Counted from the stretch's first letter, positions 1-12,844 are shown. The stretch is 64,000 nt of DNA from Rhizaria sp. SCN 62-66 (GCA_001724265.1 MEDY01000062.1:1-64000); one strand, 5' to 3'. Notes: generated by a model not told the origin, from the letters alone. Program-made: numbers and translations.

Positions 1-233
1 CCACCTTTATATACCCGCCCCGAAACGACCGTGGGTGGTGTTTGCCCCAGTGTGAGCCTGTGAGACTTGGTATTTTATGCTAAATGTCGGCGGTAACACC
101 ACATGGTGTGAGAATTTCTGCAAGGCGAAACAGTGCGCTACATGGGGCGGTAAAAACCGCTCCATCGTGTCGTTTGCTCTGGAGGAAAACTGATCGTGTT
201 GGATTTATGCTACACGCCACATAAATATTAATA

Positions 234-261
234 AGTACAAGTACATGTATGTACTTGTACT
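234..261. repeat. Perfect inverted repeat, 12-bp arms with 4-nt spacer
   Basis: AGTACAAGTACA-TGTA-TGTACTTGTACT. Confidence 0.7.
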
Positions 262-574
262 CGCAATATCATGTTGAAGGCATGTGAGATTCTATCACAC
301 TTAAATTAAGATATACCATACAATAGTTAGTTTCATACATCAAATCACACTCTCGCGAAGTCATGGTTTGATACAGATGCTGAGTTGTTTTGAGAGATGT
401 TTCTTCTCGGTTTACGTCACCGTGCGATCAAGGAGTCCAGATCTCCGATTAATATCTCGGTGGTTCTCGTGGCAACATCCGTTGATCAAAGGGCGACAAC
501 GTGTTCGAATTGATTTAACACATTTTTATATGATATCTAAATTTTACATCTCATACCTGCGTTTCTATTGTAGA

Positions 575-2181
575 ATGAGTGCAATCCGCATTCAGGTTCG
601 GACCGAGACAGATCGCCACGTGCTGTCATCTCTTTCGGCTTCGTCAAGCATTGCAGACTTTATCACCGAGGTGCAAAAGACTTTCAGTACAGCGAAAACG
701 CTAGAGTCTGCGTCAGCAGGCTTTCCTCCCCAAGTACGTCGAGCGCTTCTGGCCCTAGCGCCGCATTGATAAGCTGTTTGCATCTTTGACTCAACTCCCA
801 AGTCTCGCGAATCAGTAACTTGTTTTGCTGCCGCACCTTAACACAAACAAAACAACATTCACACACATTGTCGCCCGCCTTTTGCCCATCTTTTTTTCCA
901 CAGCCATTGCCTCTGACGGACTCCACGCGCACTCTGGGCGACTGCGGGCTCAAGACTGGCTCCAGTGTTCTCATCGCTTTCCGCGACCCCCCCACGGACA
1001 CAGCTTCATCTACAGCCGCTGCATCCACGGCGATTTTGGCGCCCGGCTCCGAGCTTGCAACCACACTGCCCTCCGGTGGTGCAGCGGACTTATCTGTGTT
1101 GCCCGGCGCGCGTAAGCAAGTGCTCGACGACAACTCGTGTTTGTTCCACGCGGTCGCCGTCGCGCTCAGCCCCGCCGCCGCGGCGACGACGTACCTCGCC
1201 TCCTCCATTCAGCAGGCCAACAAGCCGCGCGCTGCGGGCAGTGTTGCTGTGCCCGCTGGCGTTGCCGTACTTACCTCGTTGCCCTTTCTGTAGCCCTACG
1301 CGTCCGCCGCCGCCCCGAACACCCCGCTGCCTTCGCTGGCCGCTCTCGAGGCCGCTGCGCCGACTGCGGCCGCGCGCGTCGCCGCGGCCCCGCCCACCGC
1401 GCGCGCGCTGCGCTCGCTCGTTGCACAGGCCGTGCGGCGCGCGGGCGCGGGCGCGGGCACAGCGGCGGCGCTCTTCGGCGGGGCCGAGTCCGGGCTGGCG
1501 CTGGCAGACGCGCTGGGCGAGCCCGCGGAAACGTACGCGAGCAACATCGAGGGCGGCGCGCGCTGGGGCGGCGAGATCGAGCTGCTCGTGCTCGCGCGTC
1601 TTTACTGCGCGCACATCCATGCCATCGACATCGAGACCGGCGCGCTGCTCTCGTACGCGCCCGCCGCCGCGCCAGTGCCGACCGGTGCGGCAGAGAGAGA
1701 GCGCGCGCCGTCGCGGCACATCGTGCTGCTATACTCGGGGCTGCACTACGACGCCTTTGTGCTGCGTGGTGCACCGGGCACCGCCGCGGCGTACGTCGCG
1801 ACCGGGGCCTCGGCCGCGCCGTCAGTCTTCCGACTCGACACCGGGAACGCGCCCGGCACAGACGTCTCGCTCTTCCCCGGCGACGCAGACGCGGCCGACA
1901 TGGACGCTGACGCCGGCGCTGACTCGGGCGCTGCAAGCGTGTCCGCTGGTGCTGCACCGGCAGCGGTGGCGTCGGACGTATCGGTGCGGTACGGCGTGCT
2001 GGACAAGGCGCGCGCGGTGGCGGCGGCGCTGCGCACGGCGGGCGGATTCACCAACACAAGCAAGTTCACGCTGCGCTGCGCGAGCTGCGGCGTGACGCTG
2101 CGCGGGCAGAAGGAGGCGCTGCTGCACTGCGCCGCCACGCAGCACAACAACTTTGAGGAGTACACGCCGCAACAACAGTGA
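575..2181 (+). CDS. OTU1: OTU1/YOD1-type deubiquitinase (ubiquitin-like N-terminus, OTU domain, C2H2 zinc finger), about 478 aa; exons 575-733 and 904-2181; in-frame TAG at 1291-1293
   Basis: Removing intron 734-903 (GTACGT...TTTTCCACAG, phase 0) gives GFPPQ|PLPLTDSTRTLGDCGLKTG. Catalytic DDNSCLF, then WGGEIEL, LLYSGLHYD and FTNTSKFTLRCASC...H...HNNFEE. ORFs 820..1293 and 1432..2181 are the same frame, separated only by TAG. Ends TGA. Confidence 0.9.
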
Positions 2182-2434
2182 ACATTCCGAGAACTGCAGA
2201 GAGTCGTTTCTTACAGCATCGCGTTCTGATTTGGCGCGTTTCTACTTAGTTTTGTGATTTGATTTAGAGCACCAACCTGGCCGCGCTCACGCGTAGGATG
2301 GAAATTATAGTAAGCTTAATCTATTATTCATTTTGTAGTCCATGGAGCGCACTTCGCGTTCTCAGCTAGGTAACCAAATAGTCGAAATAAATCAAGAATC
2401 TTCTGTTCATTTTAAACACGTTATTACAGTTCGT

Positions 2435-5400
2435 TTAATCGTCGTCTGAAGAGAAGCTGTGGAAAGATGCCTCGGAGCCGCGACCGAACACGGCGTCATC
2501 AGCCTCGGCCTGGAACGGGAACGCCGCCTCAGCGTCGACCAGCGCCACCGCGTGCGCGGCCGCGGCATCAGGACTGGGCGGCCCAGCGGCGGCGGCGGCG
2601 ACGGCGGTGTGGCGGGGAGCAAACGCGGCGGGCTCGGGCAGCGGCAGCGGGGGCGTGAAGTGTTCCTCCACCGACGCCACGGACTACACGGTGAACCCCG
2701 CAACAATAGCGGTATTGACAACAAGAGACGAAAGCATGGGTTCGAGAGGCGCCTGGAACGGATCCTGGAACTCATCCTCCTGCGGGTCATCATATTGCTC
2801 ATCGTCGTCATCATCGCCGTTGTTAGCAACGGCATCAGTACGGCCATCGTCGTTACCATCGTTGGTGTGGGACACGTAAGCAGGCTCAGTGGTCTCAACC
2901 TGCACACTTGCACTTAAGGTGCCAGCCTCACGCGCACCATCGCCAACGGCAGAGGAAGCTGCATCGCCAGGCGGCGTGTCGCCGGGCAGTGCGTCATCGT
3001 ACAGCGTGCTGTCGGAGAGCGCGTCGCCTGGGAGCTCGTCCGCGTACTGTGCCTCGGGAAGCACGTTGTCATCGTCGCCACCGACGGGGATGACGCTCCC
3101 GGGCAGCACGTCATTGGCCCACGCGTTCATGTCGTCGTCCAACTTACCGTCGACGCCCGTGTGCCTGCCAAAGCTGGCGTTCTCCGCACTAGGCAGGTGA
3201 GCGGTGCTAGCAGCACTCACAGCAGCGCCCGTGCCAGTGGCCACGTCCGCATCAGCACTGAGATTCCTGTTGGCGCTAACGTTGAACTCCGCGTCGACCT
3301 CGGCGTCCATGTCCATCATATCGTCCAATAGGCCCTCGAGCTCGGCGTCCAAAGGCGCGTCCGCGAGAGGAGCGTTAACAAGTGGCGCGTCCATAAGCGA
3401 CGAACCCGTAAGCAACAACGCGTCCTCGAGTTGTGCGTCCGCAACTTGCGCGTCTCCGACAGGCGCGACAACAGGGGTTTCAGATTGCTTCTCTGTCGCG
3501 ATCTCAAGCTGCTCGGTCGTGACAGCATCACTGGCCTCGTGACAGGGCTCTGCTGCGGGCTCATCTCCGCAACGCACCGCAGCAAGGGACTCATCATTGG
3601 GCTCGTCTGCCACAACAGCAGACTCAGCCGCAGTGGCAACGGACTCAACATCAAGAAGCTGGGAAGCGTCAACCGCATCTGCCTCCTCAACGGCGTCGTC
3701 GGATGCAACACTCTCAATCTCAGAGTGCGCGGCATTGTCGTCCATAGCCTCGCTAGGCATGAACGCGGCATCGACAACAGCGGCGGATCCAGCCATAGAA
3801 ACATCGCCGTGCGAGTACTGCTCTGCAGAATGAATCACGGGCTCAGGTTCCGCGGACCGCTGCGTCACCACGTCGGCACTCGCTACAGCATGGGAGGCAA
3901 AGTGAGACTCAGGAGCCACATCACCCACCGCGCCCGCGCGCGCGGCATCGAGCTGGCGCAGCGCAGCGTTGCGCTGTTGCTCAGCGACCGCACGCAGGGC
4001 CTGCGCCTCGTGCGTCGCCGTCGCGGCGCCGCGCAGCTCGTCAAGCAGCTCGCGCTCGCGGTCCACCGCGCGGTCGCGCACGGCCTTGGCACGTTCCTGC
4101 CACTTGTTCTTGGACACGGAGAGGTCCGTCACCGACTGCTGCAGGTCGCGCGTCAGCGCCGCGAGCTCCTCGGCGCGCGCCGTCACGTCGCCCACCGTCG
4201 CCGCGTGCGCCGCGGCCAGCTCTGCCGCCTCGCTCTGCCGCGCGCGGTGCGCGGCGACGAGCTCGGTGTGCGCGGCCTCGGCGGCGCGGGTCGCCGCGGA
4301 GGCGCGCTCTTCAGCGGCGCGCGCGCGCTCCTCGAGCGCGGCCACAGACTCAGCCGCAGCAGCGTCGCCGCGCTCAGCCGCCGCAGCAGCGCGGCGCTCG
4401 CTTGCGTCCGCGCGCGCCACCGCCTGCGCCGCCGCAGCCTCCGCCTGGTCGGCCCGCACCTCGGCCGCACGCGCGCGCGCCGCAAGTGAGTCCACGCGCG
4501 AGTCGCCCGTTTCCACGCGCGCGTCCGCGGCGGCAGCACGGCGCTCGGCGGCGTCTGCGCGGGCTTCCGCCGCTGCCAAGCGCGCCTCGGCCGAGTCGGC
4601 ACGCGACTCCGCGGCCACGGCGCGGGCCTCGGCAGACGCAGCGCGTGCGTCCAGCGCGGCCGCGCGGGCGTCGGCAGCCCGCGCCTGAGCCGCGCCGTCT
4701 GCGGCCGCGGCTTCGGCAGACTGCGCACGGGCCTCAGCCGACGCCACACGCTGCTCGGCCGCGTCGGTGCGTTGCTCAGCCGCGCCTGCGCGGTGGTCGG
4801 CAGCGGCGGCGCGTGTTGCAGCCTGCGCAGTGCTTGACTCGGCGGTCTCGGCGCGGGCTTCGGCGACGCGCAGACTGATCTCGAGCGCGGTAGCCTGCTC
4901 GAGCGCGGCCACCATCGCAGGATCAGGCTGCACGGCCAACGGATCAGCGGCAGCGGCGGCGGCAGCAATAGGAACAGCAGCAGTAGCAGCAGCAGCTGCA
5001 GCACGCGCTGTGGCTGCCTCGGTCGCCGCAGCCTCAGCCTTTGTCACAGCGGTCTTGATATTGTGATCGTAATCTTGCGCGCGGATCTCAACCTCTGCGC
5101 GCACCTCTGCGCATCTGCGCTGGAACGCGTCCGCACGAAGTGTGGCGCGCGCAGCGTAGATGTACAGCTTGCGCACCAGCGCGCGTGTCTGCTTCAGCTG
5201 CACCGTGGCCAAGAGCGCCTCCGAAGACGCCGCGAGCCGAGCGGACTCGGCACGCTCGCAGGCCGAAGCCGCCTGCGCAGCTGCAGCCTCGGCCTCACCG
5301 TGCTGCAGAATGGCCTCGTGCGCGGTGCGGCGCGCGGCCTCAAGCGCCACGCGCTGCGCCGCGCTGGTGGCCGCCGCCAGCGCCGCGTTGGACCGCAGCA

Positions 5401-8400
5401 CGTCGGCGTCGGCGGCCAGCGTGGCGCGCTGCGCGGCGAGCGCGGATCGCTCCGCGAGCAGCGCCGAGCGCGCGCTGATGTCCACGGCCGCGGCGGCGCG
5501 GAGCCCGTCGACGTCAGCCGACAGCGCGGCGACCTGGCTCGCCAGCAGCGCGTTGGCCGCCGAGGACGCCGTGAACCGCGAGTGCACCGAAGACTGCGAC
5601 GGCGACGGCGACGGCGGTGCACCGTACGGCGCACCATAGAACTGCATCCCGTAGCCGCCGGGGCCACCAATGAGCACAGCGGAGCCCGCATGCGGCGTGA
5701 ACAGCGCATTACTGTGCGCGTTGCTGTGCGCGTTGCTGTGCGCAAGCGGCGTCTGCAGCGCGCGCGGGTGCGGCGGCAGCAGCTGCGCGAGCGGCGCGTG
5801 CGCCAGCGCGATGTGCGCGGGGCCGCGCGCGGACGTCAGCGGCGCGTGTGGTCGGTGCTGCCGCGGCGTGTGCGCGGGCGATGACGGCACCGACGCCGGC
5901 GACACGCCCGCGCCCCCCGCGGCGCCGCCGGAGGACGACGACGACTGCGCGCGCGGCCAGCCCGAGAGCGATCCGCGCGGCAGCGGCAGCGCGTAAGGCG
6001 GGCTGCGGGGCGCAGTCGCGCCCGCGGCGTTTACGACCGACGGAGCGGGGGCGGCGCGCGACATGGCGCTCCCAACCGCTGCAGGACCGCGGCCGGGCGG
6101 GCTGCCCGCGGCGCCCAGAGACTTGTCGGAGACCGAAGTGCCCTGGTGGTGATGATCGGAGACGGAGGCGCCCAGCACCGGCAGCAGCGGCTGCGCCTGT
6201 TTCAGCGATGCCAGCGGCGGCGGCGGCGCGGCAACGGCAGAGAGCGGGGGCAGTGCTGCGCTCGCGACGTCGGGCGCGCTTGCGGGAGCTGAGGAGGCAG
6301 AGTGAAGCTCACCGCTGAGCTAGGGAGCCCAGGTGCCCCAGTCGGCTCTCATGTCCGCATCTGCGTCGGTCGCGACGGCGTGTTGCGCCACCGCGGCATG
6401 CTTAGCAGCAGCAGCTTCAGTGTCGGCGTCAGCCTTCGCCTTCGCGACAGCTTCTTCCTCAGCCTCTACGCGAGCGGCCTCAGCCTCCGTAGCAGCCTGC
6501 GCCTCCGCAGCAGCCTGAGCCTCCGCCTCCGCAGCCTCTGCGGCAGCCTGAGCTTCAGCTGCAGCCTTAGCTTCTGCGACAGCATTGGCTTCAGCCTCTG
6601 CAGCAGCACGGGCTTCAGTGTCAGCCTTTGCCTTTTCAGCGGCCGCAACCTCCACAGCAGCCTTTGCCTCGGCCTCAGCAGCAGCTTTGGCTTCAGCTGC
6701 TACTTTCCCCTCAGATTCAGCTTTCACAACAGCTTCCGCTTCAGCGGCGGCCCTCGCATCAGCCTCTGCCTCCGACTTGGCCTCAACCGCAGCCCTAGCA
6801 ACGGCATCCGCGGCCGCAGCGGCGGCGGTAGCGGTGGCTGCGGCGGCTTGCGCCTCAGCCTCTGCGGTAGCCCGCGCCTCGGCCTCAGCCGCGGCCGCTG
6901 CCCTGGCGTCGGCCTCGGCTCTGGCAGCGCGCGCGTTGGCCTCCACCAGTGCGCGCACCTCTGCGGCCGCGAGCGCCTCGCTGATGCTGCGCACCTCGGC
7001 CTCTGCCGCGGCGGCGCGCGCCTTGGCCTCGGCCTCCGCGGCGGCCTGCGCACCCGCGGCCGCCCGCGCCGCCGCCTCCGCCGCGGTCTTGGCCTCAACC
7101 TCGGCGACCGCGCGCGCCAGCATGTCGGCCTTGGCAATTGCCTCTGCAAGTGACACGGCCTCGGTCTCCGCGGCCGCGCGCGCCTCGGCGGCGGCGGCGG
7201 CGGCCTCGGACACGGCCTGGGCCTCCGCGGCGGCCTTGACGGCGGCGGCGGCGACGGCCTCGCCCTCGGCGCGGAGGCGTGCGGCCTAGGCGGCGGCCGC
7301 GGCGGCAGCGATGGCGGCAGTCTGAACACGCGCCGCTTCGTCCTCAGCCTCAGCAGCAGCGACAGCCTCAGCTTCAGTAGCAGCGGCCTCTGCAGCAGCG
7401 GCGGCCCCGACCCTGACACGTGCGGCCTCAGCTTCGACTTCCGTAGCTTTTGCCTCCGCAGCGCCGGCAGCCTCTGCAGCGCGTTCGGTGTCAGCGCACG
7501 CAACCTCAACAGCCTTTACTCCAGCATCCGAGTTGGTTGCACCAGCTCCAGGCTCGGTCGCGGGCACAGCGGCCGCTGCGCCGGTGTCGGTGTTGGCGAT
7601 GTGGTTTTTCTGAGTTGTATCAGGAGTTATCCAGCACTGCATGTCGTCGAAACCCCACATATCGTAGCCGCCTCCGCCGCCATACGCAGACTCGGGCGCA
7701 GCGGGTGCTGCGACGCGCGCGGCAGTGACTGGAACAACAACAGGGGCCACAGTCCAGGCGAAATGCGGTGCGGGGCCCTGTTGCAGAGGCGCGTCAGCAA
7801 CGGTCGCGCTGTCCTCAACAACTGATCTTTGAGTGTCTGCATTAACAGCGGACACTGCCACATTTGGCTCCGCAGCAGCAGCAAAGTCTTCGCAAGTGGG
7901 CGGCTCAGTAGCAGCAGCCTGAGACACTGCGGGCTCAGTCAGAATGGGCTCAGACACAGCAGACTCAGGAGAAGTAGGCTTAGTCACGGTGAGCTCAGTG
8001 ACAGTGGACTCAGGCACGGCCGCAGAGCCCATGAAAGCTACCCACGGGTCAGTCCAGGTCTCAGTCTCAGCCGCCGTCGCGGCATCAGAGCCTGCAGTAG
8101 CAGGAGCGTAGTCCGTGTTAGCTGCGCCCGCAACCGTGAAAGCGGCCCAGGGGTCGTCCGACAGCGCGCGCGCGGCAACAGGGGCGGCAATCGCGGCGTT
8201 CATACGGGCTTTGTCGTTCGCACTAGCATTATCGCGAGCAGCGTTACCGTCGGCACTGAGGGGCACACCACTGTCAGCTCCCCAAACATCGGCCACCTGA
8301 GCATCGTCGTCAAATGCGTCAGTGTCAACCTCGCCAGCCACTTCAGAGGAGTTGTCTTCGTCGCCGCCCTCGTCGCCCTCGTCCTAGTACTCGTCTTCCC

Positions 8401-9253
8401 ACTCGTCAGCATCCTCGCCAGCATCCGACTCAGCCTCAGCCGCGCTGTCCGCAGACGCGTAGGGCTCGTTGCGTGCGGACAACTCCTCAGCGTTGCTGTC
8501 GGGCAAGTCCGACGGCTCGTAGTGCGCGGGCTCTGCTGCCGCCTCGGGCTCGCTACGTGCCATATGAGCAATGTTCACAGCAGCAGCAGCAGCAGCAGCA
8601 ACAGCGTCGTCGCCACGGCGGTGGCCATGATGAGCAGTGTTGTCGTCCTCGGTCACTGCAACGTCGATGCCGGCAAAGTTCAGCAGCGGCACCGCGGCCG
8701 CGACCGGGCTAACACGGCTTCGCTGCGCAGAAGCAGCGTCAACGCTATTGTCTTCGTCAGAGGATACGGATGACGGCACGGAGAATGAATCTTCCAGATC
8801 GCGGTCGCGGTCACCATCGTCGTCGATGTCATCGTCAACGTCGACATCGCCGTCGTCACCGAGATAGATGTCGGAGCCGCCCGCGGTGCGGCCTCGCACA
8901 GCGCCGCCCGCGCTGGCGCGCGCACTGACAGTGACAGTGGCGTTGGCGGTAGCGTCAGCATCGTTGGCGGGCGCGTTAGATTTGCGGACATTTCGTGGTG
9001 TGGCGTGCGCGCTGGAGCCGGTGGAGAGCGCGTCTGCGAAGAGGTCGTCTTCAGAGGAGGCGTCTGCCGCGCCACTGCGCAGTTGCTCAGGTACTTTAAG
9101 TTCGCTGGGGAGCGTTGTAGAGAACGTTGCGTCGATGAACACGGTGTTAGGTGCGAACTTCTCTGGCGAAAGCACTGGCGTGCCGAACTCTGACTCAGGG
9201 GCGCTCCTGGGAGCGGTTGCAAAGTCCCCAAGCGGAATGGGCACAATGTCCAT
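2435..9253 (-). CDS. Giant low-complexity Ala/Glu-rich coiled-coil protein, about 2272 aa if four in-frame TAG codons are read as sense
   Basis: ORFs 8384..9253, 7286..8341, 6320..7213, 2684..6178 and 2435..2680 share one frame. Each internal break is a single TAG with coding-like sequence on both sides; the final stop is TAA followed by AT-rich sequence. Confidence 0.78.
6400..7500 (-). repeat. Degenerate coding repeat (AAAEAEA/EAKAAAE-type helical units)
   Basis: Translation shows many imperfect Ala-Glu units; boundaries approximate. Confidence 0.75.
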
Positions 9254-10025
9254 TGTGACAAAACCCTAACTGCACGGGTGCCAAGCTGAGAGACTCAACA
9301 ACGGACGTCTTGACGGTCTACGGGCTTGTGTTGCGGTAAGGTCAGATCAAGATTCGATGAAGCTGCGGCGCGGGGATAGACAGAGCCAGGTGTTATGGGT
9401 TGTGAGAGATAGAAAACGTAATATCGTTATATTATTTTAATAAGCACCGCGCACATCATATTCAAGAGTTGCCCTTATTCGTCAATGTTTGAGTTCTGTA
9501 CATGCATATGTCTTTATCCGCTGCTCCACAGTCACAGCGACGAGCCCACTCCTCCTCTCGGCAGCAAGACTACAAGACGACGTCTCTTCAATGTCGGCAT
9601 GCTTTGTACATTGCTGAGACAGGCGTATTCACTGCGAGAATTTGAATCGGACTGTGATCAACTCACGGTATATGGTTTTCAAATTTATGGGCCATTCAGG
9701 TTCCGTTCATGCGATGAATTATTGGTTTTGTTATAGCCAGGCGTCACTCTCGAGAGGGCGACGCTTGTCTCGCCATTGCCTGCCCATATCTTCATAGCAA
9801 CAGAGCTCGAGGCGATGTAGACCCTTGTGAGCTCATCAAGCTCTACTTCAATTCGCATCACTAAACTCAGTTTATTCACATCACATTCTATCACCCTGTT
9901 TCTAACCGCTTCATTCGGTCATTCCTTTGTGCGCACGCAGCTCCTTCAAACCTTCCTTCGCTTGGTATAGCACAACCAAATAGGATAAACCGAGCTTGAG
10001 TTGAGCTTAGGCCGATTTAGCAATC

Positions 10026-12844
10026 ATGTCTGAAGTGGTAAGTGACATTAAATTCCAGATGGACTTTATTTGAACACATCTTCTCCACCCCTTTCCGCCA
10101 CTCCTTCATCCTCACCACATTTTTGTTTCTCCTTTCGATATCTGTCTCCTCCCTCACAGCGCACGGGCTACCTGTACCTGTACACGCGTCTGCGGCAGAA
10201 GTGGAACCGGCGCTACTTTGTGCTGACGACGCGCGACCTGTCGTACCGCACGAGCAAAGACGTGCTGAACTCGCACATCGGCACCATCGACGTCGAGGGC
10301 GCCACCGTGTCTGATATCTCGACGCTTAACGGGCGCAGCTGCGTCTTCACGCTCACGCCCTCCGCGGGCGGCTCGATGCAGTTCTCCGCGCGCACCGAAG
10401 GCGACGCGCGGTCCTGGATCGCGGCGCTGACGAACCCGGGCGGCGCGCCTGTCTCGTCGGGCGACCAGGAGGACCTGGGCGAGGAGTCGGCCGCCGGCAA
10501 GAACGAGGGCCCCACGACGCCGATGCCGACCTTCCACGCTGTGTCACAGGGCGTCGCCGTCACCATCTCGCCCTCGGCCTCAAACGTTTACGGCTCTTCG
10601 TCTCCGGCCTCGGGTGGCGCCGCGGCCCCGGCCTCGCCTAGCAACGGCAACGGCGCCGCCGCCGCGTCTCCCAATAGCGGCGGCAACGGGATCCCGCAGA
10701 CCCCCGGCGGGTCGCGCGCGCTGACGTACGTGTCCCCGCTTTCGATGCTCATCTCCACGCAGGCCGACACGGCCGCGTACAAGCTCGCGTGCCGCCACAA
10801 GGGTCCCCAGCGCTTCGAGAAGTCATGGAAACTGAAGCTCATCAACGCCAACCTCAAGTCGTCTCGCGAGTACCAGGTGTGCCTCATGGCGCCCGCGCGG
10901 CAGCTGTATCTGTTCAACTCGGAGCGCGAGCTCACGGTGTACAACGCGACGGGCAAGCGCACCTTCTCGCAGGTGATCGAGCTCAACGGCGGCATTGTGA
11001 TGCAACAGCCGTCGTACGCGTGGGTGGGCACGTCCCCGCCCGCATCGGCCGTGCCAATCGTCGAGGTGCTACTGCCCGCGGGCGTGCACTACTTCACGGC
11101 CGACGCGGCCGAGGACCTGGAGCAGCTCACGCGCGCGCTGCATGACATGGCGCTGTTGCCGGCCAAAACGAGCGACCGCGCGGTGATGATCAAGGGCGAG
11201 ACGCACTGTGCCACCGTGCTGGGCAAGCACGGCTGGCTGGATCTCAAGGTCAACAAGAAAAAGTTTCGTCGCGCCTTTTACCGCACGCTGGAGAACGCGC
11301 GCGGCACGCAGCTCATCGCCGAGTACGCGTCGCCGACTGCGATCCACCCCGAGATGTTCATGTTCCTGCTCTGGTCCTCTGGCGAGGGCCCGTGCAAGGT
11401 GCTCCGCGGCCTGCCGCCCGGCGACGCGTGGGCGGCGTCGAACCCCGAGGACGAGAAGCGGTGCTTCACCGTCATGGCAGGCGCCGTGCGCATGACGCTG
11501 CGCGCCGAGACCGAGGCCGAGCGCGACGAGTGGGTCGCCGTCATCCTCTCTATCGCCTGCGACGACTTCATGACCACGCCGCTGGGCGCCAGCTCCGGCG
11601 TCGACTACTACGGCGTGCTGGGCGTGCCGCCCAACGCGACGGCCGGAGACATTGGCAACGCTTTCCGCCAGCTCGCGAAGCTCGTGCACCCGGACCGCAA
11701 CCCGACCCCGGAGGCGCTGGCTCACTTCCAGCGGCTCAACGAGGCCTACGAAGTGCTCTCGGACCCCGCGCAGCGCGAGACTTACAACGGGCACCACGCC
11801 GCCATGGTCGCGCGCAAGCTCGCGCTCGCGGGCGCGGGCTCCGGCGCCGGCGGCCTGCGCGACGGGCTGCCTGTGATCCAGAAGAAGCGTCCCAACCGCA
11901 TGCCGATGGTGGCGCCCAACTCGATCTTCGTGCCGGCGTCGCTGGAGCAGACGCTTATCTCGCACGAGAAGCTGCAGGCGCTCATGACCAAGCACCAGAA
12001 GCAGGCCAAGAAGCTCGGCAACGAATCGGCCGACTTCGTGCTCCCGTCCATCGCCAACGTTCGTCTCGCCGGCTCTGACGTTGGGCTTGACTACGACGAC
12101 GAAGGGCACGAGAATAACGCCGAGCTCGAGGCCAAGCGCGCCGAGGCCGAGCGCGAGGCCGAGGAGGCGGCCCGCAAGGCCAAGGCCGAGGCGCAGGCGC
12201 GCCGCGAGGCCGAGGAGCGCCGTCTGCGCGCCGAAGAGGAGGCCAAGGAGGCCGCGCGCCGCAAGCGCGTCGAAGAGGAGCGCCAGCGCCGCATCGTCAA
12301 GGAGCGCGAGGAGGCCGAGCGCCGCCGCCGCGAAGAAGACGAGCGCCTGCGCCGCCTTGCCATGGACCCGATCGATCGCCCGCTGAGCAACGACCTGCTG
12401 ACACAGCTGGAACGCTTGGGCAAGGGCGTCACGGCCGTGCGCGTGCCAGACTCGAGCTTCTCCAAGCCCTCGGAACTGTCGCTGCGGCTGGAGCGCGCCA
12501 AGCTGCCGACGGACGCACCCGTGGTGCTCTACACAGTGGCCTATACTTCGAGCAAGGACAAGGTGGACCGGCGCGTGTTCGTGCTGCCTGAGTGCACCTT
12601 CAGCAAGGCGCTGCCGCCGAAGACGAAGCTGCCCAAGGAACTGTCGGGCCGCGAGGAATTCGTGCTCTACGTCGCGCCCGACGCCAAGAAGGAGTTCGGC
12701 CCCAAGGCCTCCGTCTTCGTCTTTGCCAACGGTGAGGCACGAGACGCCTTCTACGACGCGATCCAGGGCGTGCTCACGAGCATGCTCGCCACGGCGGAGA
12801 AGCGCCCCACCGCTGTCAACATGCGCAAGTACGTCGACATGTGA
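10026..12844 (+). CDS. Multi-PH-domain + DnaJ (J-domain) + coiled-coil protein, about 898 aa; exons 10026-10037 and 10160-12844
   Basis: ATG TCT GAA GTG then intron GTAAGT...CCCTCACAG, joining to RTGYLYL..KWNRRYFVL..FSARTEGDARSWIAAL (PH). A further PH runs KHGWLDLK...LRAETEAERDEWV, with a possible third between them. J-domain DYYGVLGV...HPDRNP...FQRLNEAYEVLSDP. Ends TGA. Confidence 0.85.

Noticed and set aside
2435-9253. Pseudogene interpretation of the giant gene
   Set aside because: No frameshifts and no TAA/TGA over 6.8 kb, and the same TAG-only pattern occurs in two other genes. Disfavoured, not formally excluded.
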